NCBI RefSeq assembly: GCF_006345805.1
Contig: NC_043015.1
Span: forward strand, 19,654,001-19,718,000
Direction: 5' to 3'
DNA length: 64,000 nt
Source: Octopus sinensis
Lineage: Eukaryota
In this document: positions 51,761-62,949 of the stretch, one piece after another
How positions within the stretch are numbered: position 1 is the first letter of the stretch
Layout of the letters: each line of letters starts with the position of its first letter
The notes under the pieces: model-generated
What the model saw: the letters and a program-made list of their open reading frames with translations, nothing else
What the model was told of the DNA's origin: nothing
The model's database searches: none
Program-made: the position numbers and the translations under genes

Positions 51761-52955
51761 AAACCTTTCAATACCAATCCATCTCAGATTACTCCTGGTT
51801 CTATAATAGCAACTTCCCTGTATTAAAGCAATCTAAAGTAAAACCCTCTGCCAAAATTTCACGTTAATTTATGTTCTAAACATCAGTTTTTAACCCATTA
51901 ACTGCCAAATTTTTTTATTCATAATTTTTGGCTTTGCCAAGTGTATTAGGAGTTAAAATAATATATAATATTAAAATTTTCTTCATATGTGAATTATTTT
52001 GGAAATTATGATAAATGTTTTGAAAAGTCCCAAACAGGGATTGCTGAAAAAAAGCATATTTATCCTTTTCTATTCAATTGCAATATAAAAACATTAAAGT
52101 TTTTTGGAAACTATAGTATCAAATGCGAATGTGTATGAAATATCAATGAATGATATAGATGGGAAATGCCAAAAAATGTTTTCAAAACAGTTAATATTTT
52201 TGTAGTTCGAAAATTGCAATTTATGACATAAAATGTCCTCTAGAATTAGCCAAAGTTAATAAGGAGAAATTTTAACTCCTAAATATTATTAAACACACCT
52301 CTGCAAATGTAATGTGCATAAGCAATTTACTTTAAATACAACAAACAACCAGCAGTGAGACTGTTTTTAGCAGATCTCTAAATGGGGTTCGTGGCAGGCA
52401 ATGGGTTAATAAATAATGACAGTTATTTTACTAAATTCTTCATTATTTTCAAAATTAATTGAAGCAAAAATTTGTATATTTCATCAGAAATATAGTGATA
52501 CAAATCAACTCATGACCAAGTGTAAAACCACATCTTAAATTCAGTAAGTCTGTTCCAAAAGTCTAAGAAGTTCCTGGGTGGAAATTTGAGTGAGTAAAGT
52601 GTTACACAGCACTGAACCCTCTTTTCTGTGCAGTCAGCTATAAGACCAGCAGCACAACAGAGATTGAAGCAAGTAGAAACCAACTCTGCTTCAGGTTTTT
52701 CTAATTCAAATTTATCTTTTCTTATAAGGAAGAACTAGTGGTCCTTCACTCCCTGTGGTTCACATTCTAGTTAACCCAAATCTGGGACCTTAACAGGTGC
52801 TACTGCTTTGGGTCAGAGTTGATCTGGGAAAAATAGTGGCTCAGAAGTGGTTCTACACTCCTCAAAACCCTGGATCTCTTGTACCAAGGCCCCTCAAGTG
52901 GATGTGGCTTAAAGGCCATACCCAGGACAAAGAAGTATTTTAACAAAAGGGTTAA
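51761..52955. mobile_element. Nested cluster: TTAA MITE hosting a second TTAA MITE (51890-52409) and an unrelated insert (~52505-52940)
   Basis: Host is the reverse of the 26359 family (AACCTTTCAATACCAA ... TAACAAAAGGGTTAA); inner TIRs ttaaCCCATTAACTGCCA / TGGCAGGCAATGGGttaa. Confidence 0.68.
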
Positions 52956-53042
52956 CTGATAAAGCATTTAGTTGGGTGACGTGTTGAGCCCAACATCTCC
53001 AGTTCCATCTAATAGTAAAATAAAGATTAATAATAATAATAA

Positions 53043-53190
53043 TCCTTTCTACTGTAGACACAAGGCCTGAAATTTGGGGGAAGGGATTAAATCGATTACA
53101 TTGACCCCAGTACTCAACTGGTGCTTATTTCATCAACCCCAAAAAGATGAAAGGCTAAGTCGACCTTGGCAGAACTTGAACTCAAAATGT
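53043..53190 (-). mobile_element. SINE family B, partial, in (AAT)n
   Basis: Aligns with 12570-12720. Confidence 0.72.
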
Positions 53191-54519
53191 AATAGCAATA
53201 ATAATAATAATAATAATCAAGGTATGAAGTGAGGATAACCTTTAATGTCCAAGAGTTAGGTAATACAGGTAACCACTACTTCAAAATTCAATACAGAGTG
53301 ATGTAAAGTAATGAGGTTTCAGTATTAATGAAGATGTGTGACTTATGTAAAGCAATAAATCAAAGGTGAATGTTAGAATGACAGCACGATTATGAATCCA
53401 ATAATATATTAGTTTGTTGGGACAGCTCTGAAGATTTCATTCTCATGCTGTGCTATATCCACAGGAAAAACTGGACTCAGAACTGCTTGTTAGCAAAACA
53501 CTCAACTGTTATACAGTGTTTCTGCTGCTTAAAATGTTAAACTTTACTCAGTTGTAGATGCAATAGGAAAGTAAACTGGGGTGTTGAGAGTTTAATGATA
53601 CACCAAGTACCAGTTGGTATTACTCTGAACCATGTGTAACTGGAAAGGCCTGTAACAGTCAGGGGATTTTTTTCCCTTCTCCTTTGGTTAACTTATAAAA
53701 ATGAAGTAGCTCTATCATGGCCTGTCATAAACACAACTTAGTTAAAAATCATATGAATTTCCAAATTTCAAGGATCCATGGATCTAATGCTTGTCTCTAA
53801 TTTCTGTAGATTTAAGAAGATGAGATATAAATCTCCCTTTGGATAGGACCCTGGTTTATCCCAGGTGAGCTTTAGTATATTCTTATGAGGAGAGTATGTC
53901 TGCTCAAAATAATAGATTAGGCTGAAAACCAGCTAAGATTTTGTGGTTCAAACCTTGTCACTGGTAGTGATTGTATCTCCGATCAAATTGCTTTGAATCA
54001 GTCCATCTAGATGTGAGTAGATACTGTGGGAACGTTTTAATTTTCTGCTGTAAGCAGTAGTTACATGCTACATTGTAAAATTGTATCAGTGAGCTTAATT
54101 CCATTTTGGAGAAGGATATATCAGTTGCAAAAGACTGGCATCGAAAGAAAGACAAGATCTGCTTCTTTTCTATTTTGAGCCACTAAAACCAAAAATAATA
54201 AAAATAATAATAATAATAATAATCACTAACCTCATGAATCCTGATTGTAAAAATATAGAACCTTTCCCCAGAGAGAATAAACTGCTTGGAATAGATATGA
54301 ACTCCTGCCCCAATTAATACTAGCCAATTATCTTATCTATCAAACTATTTCAATTCCTTATAGCCAGACTAATACCTTACCAGCTAAACTACTTTCACCC
54401 CATCTGTTACTTTTCTTCCTGCATGAACCAAAATATCTCCTTCTTCTTTCATATTTCTCAGTCAAATATGACTGTTTCATCTGATTTTGTTTTATATTAG
54501 TTCATTAAACATTACATTA

Positions 54520-55390
54520 TTTCATGCTATTTCAAAAGATTTAACATGTAATATTTTATATAACTTTCACCAAATACTGTTTAATATAACATTCAACATA
54601 TTATACTGTGTGATTATAATATCCAGTATTCATAACATTGTTTGATATTTTTAGTAACTGTAAGATATAATTTATTTTGTGTGTTAATGTTAATAATACA
54701 ATTGTTATAATTCAAACAAACTTAATATTGTGTATCATAGCTTTGATATATAACATGATTTGTTTTATATAATTTCAATACATAACTTTGATATAATTTT
54801 AACAAACCTCTAAATAACAACAAATCTCTTAAATAACAACCATAAAATTGTATGATACAGTTTCAACATGTAATAATGTTTTTTCATAAAATCTCACCAA
54901 CTGTAATTTTGTTTGATGCTATTCCAATACAATTGTTTCCTTTGTGTAATTATCATTTTAAGAGGCATAATGATATTGTCTTATACAATTTCAACAAACA
55001 TAACACTGTGTGACATAATTTCGACAGGCACAACATTTTTTGTATACTTTCAACAAATATGTAACACTGTTTGATATCTGCTGGCCAAAATTTATCCAAG
55101 TGTAACATCACATTGCTTGAAATAATTTCAACAAACATCATATTGTTCAATATAATTTCATCAAATGCAATATTGGTTGATATAAATCTAACAAGCATAA
55201 CATTGTTTGATATCTTTTTAATCATTATAACAGCATTTTATATGATATAGTTTCACATGGTTCCGAGAAATACAAGATAATTTATTGAAATTTCATTGTA
55301 AAATAGTTGAATTTTATCAAATTCTTTGATATCTTGTTAGTCATAATATTGTTTAATGACAAAAACGATATAAAAACATTCCTACTTTTC
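54520..55390. repeat. Degenerate 30-bp minisatellite (approx. CATTGTTTGATATAATTTCAACAAACATAA)
   Basis: 30-nt period clear at 55111, 55141, 55171 and 55201. Confidence 0.8.
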
Positions 55391-56637
55391 ATATTTTTGA
55401 ATATTGTTAGAATTAATTTTACTGTTTTCAAACCACACTGTTATCATAATGTGATGTCTTTGTTTGTCCTCCCTCCGTTGAGTGACAACCAGTGTTGGTT
55501 TATTTACATCTACATAATTTGGTGGTTTTAGCAAAAGAGACCGATGGAATAAGTACTGGGGCTAATTTGCTCAACTAAGCCCTTCAAGGTAGTGCCCCAG
55601 CATGACCAGGGTCCTATGACTGAAACAAGTAAAAGTGATGTTTCAGGTTTCTTGTTTTAGTTTCTTCTTCTTCTTCTTTTCCTTCTTCCTCTTCTTTTTC
55701 TTCTTTCAAACTAAACACTAGAACTTTGAAATTGCATGCAAGAGTTCTCTCCTGTGTAATATTTCTAGGAGCAGAACCCTCATCTATGACAGGAGAGTCC
55801 ACAATATATAGTTACATCTGAAACCAAAATCTGTAGCTTATGGAAACCCAAGGGTCACACCAAGAAACACAACTTCCACCATCTGTGTACCCCCACCCCA
55901 TCATCATCCAAACTGGAATTTTCCACCATTTTACTCCCTGACTATTTCTTTGATGTCACTCAATCCACCCACCCCCACCTCTTACAATCTTCCAGTACCC
56001 CTTTCACTTGGGAGGAAGTGCGTCCATTCATGACCATCCATATTTGCTAAATGTGGGGTGTCATGGCATCATGAGCAAGCCTCATGTATGTCTACACTCA
56101 TATATTTATGTATGTTACTGTTCAGTTTTATTTCAAGATTTCTTGCCAATAGAGAAAGAGCCAGTTTCTAACCATTCGAATTTCAACTGTAACAAGAGAG
56201 AATTTTTGTATGTATGTATGTATATATGTATGTATGCAAATTTGTATGTTTTGCTTTATGTATGAATTCTCATGCATATAGCTGCCTATCTAGACGTCCT
56301 CATATATATTTAAAGGATAACAGTTTCTTCTATCACTACAGCTAGAAAGAATTTGTTTACCTGTTGAGCTGTTGTTTCCATTCTGTTCCTCGGTTGTGTT
56401 GATGTTGTGTCCAGCCATGTTGTTCATAGTAACTCTCTGCAGGCTAAATTCAAGTTTCAGTCAATAATCACTATGATCGTAAATAAAAGACTCCCTCAGT
56501 TAATTCATCTAAAGATTAATCACTTATTTAATAAGGCTGATAGTTGTGGCTCCAAAGTTGGAGATAGTATTCATCGTATTTTCGATAAATAGTCTCCTAT
56601 GCCAAATATGCGACTTGTTGCTTTGAGTTTGTGTATG

Positions 56638-56915
56638 TCATCATCATCATCGTTTAACGTCTGTTTTCCAGGCTGGCATGGGGTGGACAGTTTGACTGGG
56701 AACGGGCAAGCCAGGAGGCCACACCAGGCTCCAATCTGATCTGGCAATGTTTCTATGACTGGATGCCCTTCCTAATGCCAACCACTCCAAGAGTGTAGTG
56801 GGTGATTTTTATTAGCCACCAGTAAGGGAACCAGTCAGGTGGCACTGGCATCGGTCATGTTCAGATGGTGCTTTTTATGTGCCACCGGCACAGGAAGCCA
56901 GTCAGGTGGCATGGG
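56638..56915 (-). mobile_element. RTE LINE 3' UTR-derived repeat
   Basis: Aligns with 9358-9745. Confidence 0.75.
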
Positions 56916-57063
56916 CAACAACATGTATACATGAGGACAAAGTTGATAGTGACTTCAAAGTTTCAGCTTGTTCGCCTTCATCAATTTGATGAAGCAAGCT
57001 AAACTTCAAGGTTTCCCTTGTTAAAATATTTCCTTGTTAAAATCAATAAATATACTTATCCCT

Positions 57064-57360
57064 TGGCTGTGTGGTAAGAATTTTGTTTCCCAACCACATG
57101 GTCCTGGGTTCAGTTCCACTGTGTGGCACCTTGGGCAAATGTCTTCTACTATAGCCTCAGGCTGACCAAAGCCTTGTGAGTAGATTTGGTAGACAACCGA
57201 TGTTGATGTGTTTATGTCCCCGTTATTTAGTAGTCTGACAAAAGAGACTGATAGAATAAGTACTAGTCTTACAAAAGAATAAGTCCTGGGGTCAGTTTGT
57301 TTGACTAAAGGTGGTGCTCCAGCATGGCCACAGTCAAATGACTGAAACAAGTAAAAGAAA
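57064..57360 (+). mobile_element. SINE family A lacking the internal microsatellite segment
   Basis: GGTAGAC joined directly to AACCGATG, suggesting a deletion at a GAC microhomology. Confidence 0.82.
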
Positions 57361-58134
57361 ATATATATATATAATTGAAAAAATTCATTATAGGTATAAA
57401 GATACCATAAACAAGTATAAAAATGGAGAAAATATGTTAAAACGAATTTTTCAATTGTTATTTTCATATTCTTAATACTTGCTCTGGTTGATTTTTATGA
57501 ATATGATGAATTTTTTTATTGGAAATTAATTTTTCTCTTTTTTTGGATCCTTCAAAAAGTTTGAATTGTTCTTTTTGAACTTATTTCTTCTCATATGTGT
57601 GTGTGTGTAAATTCAAGAATGAAAATTGAAAAACAGGAAAAGCTAGAAAAGTCAGTTGGACGAAGATAGTGAATGTATTAGAATGATGTCTAATGAAAGT
57701 TTTGAAGAAAAAATGGAAGTAAAAATATGACATTTAAAGCAAAGCTTTTTGTTGGATTGAGAAAGTAAATCCAGAGAAGCGGAAAAGAAGGAAAGAGTGG
57801 ATAGTCTAGGGACAAATGAGTGTGTCCTAACATGGTCAAAGAATAACTGATCAGAAGTTGTGCTGGGGGTGGAAATAGAAAATGTAATTTTCAAGGACAG
57901 GAGAGTGCATAATTTGGCTTCTGTGTGTGAAATGTGCATGTGTATGGTTGTGAGGAGTGTGTTTGTATGTTAGGGATTGCTGTGTAGATAGCAGTATGTG
58001 TGTATGCATGCATGTTTAGCTTATGAGTGGGGGTGTTTGTGTGTGAGTGTGTGTAAGGGTGGATCTAACAAGTCAGTAGCAGTAGGATGTGGGTTCGAGA
58101 AGCTGAGAGATGTGTGTCACTGTATGTGTTTGCA

Positions 58135-58170
<36 letters not shown>

Positions 58171-58388
58171 TGATGTAAATCAAATTATACAGTATTACAG
58201 ATTCATTAAAACCAATCTTACCAATCAGTTTCACACAGGATATTATATAACGAGCGAATTATCTAATACACATGCTTTTCAGAGATGGCAGATATCAAAA
58301 AAAAATCTGTAATACTGCACACCCACTTTATTAATATGCTTTATGGCATAACTGCATAACTTATAGATTCTTAGATCACACACACACA

Positions 58389-60703
58389 TGAAAGGTAGGT
58401 TTGGTGAGATTGTTGAGATGCTTGAACAGAAGCATGTAGATTTGTAATCACCCAAGAGGAGGTTCTGCTAGGTTCCTCACAAACAAAGAACATAGATATA
58501 AGATTTTCTTGGTAGGAAACCATGATGGGGTTGGGGGCATGGGTATACACTTTGCTGAGAAATGGGTTGATAAGCTAATCGAGGTAGTCAGAGTTTGTAA
58601 TAGAATACTTAAGCTTAGATTAGTGCTGCAACATGGAATAGCAGCCATTATCTCGGCCTATACTCCTCGATCAGGGCTCCCTCATGAACAGAAAGACTGA
58701 TTTATTGACACCCTCTTGCAGACTACCTCATCGACAAATGATAGGGACCTTCTCTTTGTTGCTGGTGACTTCAGTGGGCATGTTGGACATCTGGGGAACA
58801 TCCATGGTATGCATGGTGGAAACAGATTTAGTTCCTGCAATGAGGTGGAGACCAGGCTGCTGGAGTTCTGTGATGCAAATAATCTTATGATCTGTAATAC
58901 TAACTTCAGGAAACCTGCCAGTAACCTGTTCACCTTCCAGTCAAATGGGCACATTAGTTAGATTGACTACATTCTCACCAGGAAATGAAAAAGATGGCTG
59001 CTTATAAATGCCTAAACCTTCCCAGGTGAAGAATGCACTCCACAACATAGGTTAGTTGTTAACGACATCAGGATCAGGGCTAAATGGCTGCCCAGAAGAT
59101 GACCAGTCTGGAAAATAAGGGTCTGGAAGCTTTAGGATTCTCTAAATGGACAGAGATTTAGAGACGTATTACTTGAGGCTTTTGATGAAAAAGAGAAGGA
59201 TGTAATATCACATAATGTGGAGGACAACTGGAGGTTCCTACAGGACAACCTGTTGAGGGCTACTGACCAGATCTGTGGTTAGTGCAAAGTCCCCTCTCAA
59301 CCTAAGGTGACATGGTGGTGGAACAATGTAGTTGACAGGACCATTAGGGAAAAGAAACAGGCCTGGAAGGACTGGAAGTGTGGTGGTAGCAGGGAACAGT
59401 ATCAGATTGCCAGAAGGGAAGCTAGGAGACAGGTTTACGTAGCCAGAGGGGAAACAGATAAGAAAAAATTTGCCAATGTTCTGTGTCATGAGGACCAAAG
59501 ACTTGAAGTGTTTTGTGTTTCAAGACAGTGTGTGAGAGAGAATTGTGATGTCATAGGAGAGAAATGTGTCCGCATGGATGATGGCTCACTTGTATTCAAT
59601 GATGCTGCAAAGAAAGAGACTTGGAGATGCCTCTATTCAAGATTGCTAACTGAAGAGAATGAATGGGAGAAAGAGAGTTTGCCGAATGTCCACCCAACAG
59701 AGGGACCAGCTATCTGAATTGACAGTACCTTGGTAGATAAAGCAATTAAGGATATGAAGACAGGGAAATCCCCTGGCCCATCAAGAGTCACCACTGAGAT
59801 GCTTAAAATATCTGGTGGTATAGGCTATAGCTTAGTAACCCGTATAGTTAACCAGGTGATACACAAAGGAACCATACCCAATGACATGTGTAGCTGTACC
59901 ATAGTCAACTGCTACAAAGGTAAAGGTGATGCCTTGGATAGAAATAATTACAGAGGTGTGAACAGCCATACTACAAGACAGTGAAACATGGGCTGTGACT
60001 GTTGAAGACATGTGTAGGCTTGTAAGAAATGAAGCTAGTATGCTTCACTGAATGTGCAATGTCAGGGTGCATGTATGACAGAATGTAAGCATCCTGAGCG
60101 AAAAGTTCGATGTAAGAAGCATCAGATGTGGTGTGCAAGAGAGACAACTGCACTGGTATGGTCATATGATGCATATGAATGAGGACAGTTGTATAAAGAA
60201 GTGTTGCACTCTAACTGTAGAGGAAACCTGTGGAAGAGGTAGACCCAAGAAGACATGGGATGAGGTGGTGAAGCACAATCTTCGAATGTTAGGCCTCACA
60301 GAGGCAATGACAATGACTGAGACCTTTGGCAATATGCTGTGATGAGGACCTGTCAAACCAAGTGAAATCATAGTCATGGCTGATGTCAATGCCATCTGAC
60401 TGGCACCCATACCAGTGGCATGTAAAATGCACTGATCGAGCGTTGGACCTCATGGAGGCAGTGACAGATGACCAAGACCCTTGGTGATATACCATACTTG
60501 TGTAGACCTGTCAAGCCAAGTGAGGCTTAGTCATGGCCGATGCCAGTGTCAGATCAGTGGCACATAAAAAATCACCCATTACACTCTGGGAGTGTTTGGT
60601 GTTAGGAAAGGCATCAAGCTGTAGAAACCTTGTCAAATCAGATAGGAACCTGGTGCAGATCTAACTCATGACAGCATGGAAAGTGGATGTTAAATGATGA
60701 TGA
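58389..60703 (+). mobile_element. Dead RTE-clade LINE: APE endonuclease + RT N-terminus + C-terminus + 3' UTR + (GAT)n tail; RT core deleted
   Basis: APE motifs ISAYTP, LFVAGDFSGHVG, IDYILTRK, PQHRLVV; KSPGPS...IVNCYKGKGDALDRNNYRG joined at ~59958 to TAILQDSETWA...LHWYGHMMHM...GRGRPKKTW; many stops and frameshifts. Confidence 0.92.
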
Positions 60704-60737
60704 TATACATACATACACATAATTATATATGTATTAA

Positions 60738-60934
60738 TAGTAATGGTATGACAACAAAAGAATGAATGAGACCTCGATATGTAAATAGAGGAATTTATCT
60801 GTAATATAATATGTGAATATGTGACAATTATTCTTAATAACTGACAAGATGCCGGAGCAGGTTTCTGCCCCAACATCTGAAACTTGGAGTTTTATTATGG
60901 CAACTGAATAATTGTCACATATTATTTTACAAAT
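60738..60934. mobile_element. Second copy of hammerhead-like family 2 fold-back element
   Basis: Tail is the reverse complement of 46940-47025; motif TAATAA-CTGACAA-GATG..CATC-T-GAAACTTGGAG-TT-TTATTA at 60835-60897. Confidence 0.72.
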
Positions 60935-62569
60935 ATATATATGTCATTTTATTTTATATAACATCATGAAATGTTGAATGATATCTAAAAAAAAATGCTT
61001 TATTTTAATTATAAGTAACTTTACAGAAAAAATTAACTTTACCATCATTTCCACAGACCTTTGCGCGAATTTATTTCATCTGATACGCTTGTCAATATTG
61101 ACGACCATCATAACACATAACAAAACATCCTCACACATGCTACACATGTTCTAAATAACATTCATACATATATATCGCAATAACAAATCAAATTTATTAA
61201 TCCATATTACATAACACAAATGAAATACAAAAACCAAAGGAAAATCTTTATAAAAACAGATTTTCCTCTTCATCAATTTTTCTAAACAAATAAACCACTT
61301 TTTTATATGTGTCCTTAATGGCTTCTATATTAATATTATATTGATATTATTATTGATTTTTTTTTATGTTTGTTTGTTTCATGTGGGACTGTGCTTGCTT
61401 ATAGCTTTATTGTCAATGTAGTTAAGATTGTGTCATCTGCTTTGTTATAGTAAATTTTCTTGTTTATGATTTAAAAAAAAATTATTTTGATGTTCTGTAT
61501 TAAACAGTTATATCTGATTTTATATATATATATATTCAATACAGTATTATAAAGTCATTTCAGCTGAGCAAAACTGGTTAGTAAAATCAGCTAAAACAAG
61601 TCTAATACTGTATCATATAAATATTAATATACCAATTCTATTGCCTGGTTTTCTGAATTAGAGATTCTTAGACTTAAATGTATGTATGCATTGCATTTAC
61701 ATGTGTATAAATCACACCCAGATTTTTCAATTAAAATCAGACATAAAATAGTGTTATTAATATACAAGTAAATACGAGTGTGTGTGTGTATTTTGTTCAG
61801 CTACCACAGGTATTTACTGTTAGTATTATTTTTGTTTTTGTGTGGTTTTTTATTATCATCATCATCATTTTCGTAGTTATTGACTTTTATATTGAATTGT
61901 CTGCAACTTAAATACATGTATTTCATTGTACTATTTTAGTATTTTTATATATAATACTATTGTTATACTATTTCATTATTGTGACATCCCTTATTTGCAT
62001 TTGACATTCCTCACTTGCTATGCGTCTTCCCATATTCTTGCATGAAATATAAACACTTTGTTTCTAAACCTAAATTTAAAGAAATTCTAATATCATTTCC
62101 AGAAATATGGTAGAAATACATTAAAGGTCCAGTCTTTGGTGATATGCCATTATTAATTAAAATTAAATGGCTGTGTAGTTAAGAAGTTTGCTTTGGTTTT
62201 GGGTCCAATCCCACTGCATGGCATCTTGGGCAATGCCTTTCTGCTATAAGTCCAAACTGACCAAAGTCTTTTGAGTCGACAGAAATTGGAATAAACCTAT
62301 TAAAAAATATGTGTGTGTGTTTTTCCTAAATTTGGCATGTGATAGTTGTAAACATGTAATACTGTCGTCCGTTTCTACTCTTCCATGAAAACCTGTCTGG
62401 TCATGGAATAATATTAATTTGCTTGAAAATAGATAAGGTTTAGTGACAGAAAGGGCGTCCAGCTGTAAAACTCCCACCTATTCTCTGGCACTGCCCCAGA
62501 TGCTGCAGCTGAGAGGGTTCAAATTAAGGGTCAGAATGTTACTTGAGATTGAGGGCCACATAGCCCCCA

Positions 62570-62860
62570 TGGCTCTCTCAACTCTTTCCAGATACAAACT
62601 GCCCTTTCCTCATGATATGGCTATGTAACTGACGTTCTCATATACCATACATCTGGTGGTAGGCTCTGCTACCTTGAGCTGCTTAGCTATGGCCCTCATT
62701 GATCCACTAGGGGTATCACTTAACTATTGAGAATGTTTCTTTGTTTTATCAACTAATTATATAAACTCCACCAGAAGATTTCCTGACTCTGTAAATGAAG
62801 GACCTGACCATGTTCAAGATGCTCACAACCTCTAAGTTGTTGAGGTTAGCAGTTGGAACC
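62570..62860 (-). pseudogene. Mariner/maT-like transposase N-terminal (HTH) remnant
   Basis: Minus strand DTPSGSMRAIAKQLKVAEPTTRCMVYENVSY resembles the SMRAIAK.L.VSE.TIRR.VHED..Y HTH region. Confidence 0.5.
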
Positions 62861-62949
62861 ACAAAATTGGTATATCATAATTTTTGGTCACATTGGAATC
62901 AGCAAAACTGATGCTGTCCATACATTTGAAATAGAAATATTGTCAAAAT

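Noticed and set aside
55769-55821. Terminal exon GAEPSSMTGESTIYSYI* with a PDZ-like end
   Set aside because: Upstream AGs (e.g. 55720-55721) lie closer to the pyrimidine tract, and short open frames arise easily by chance.
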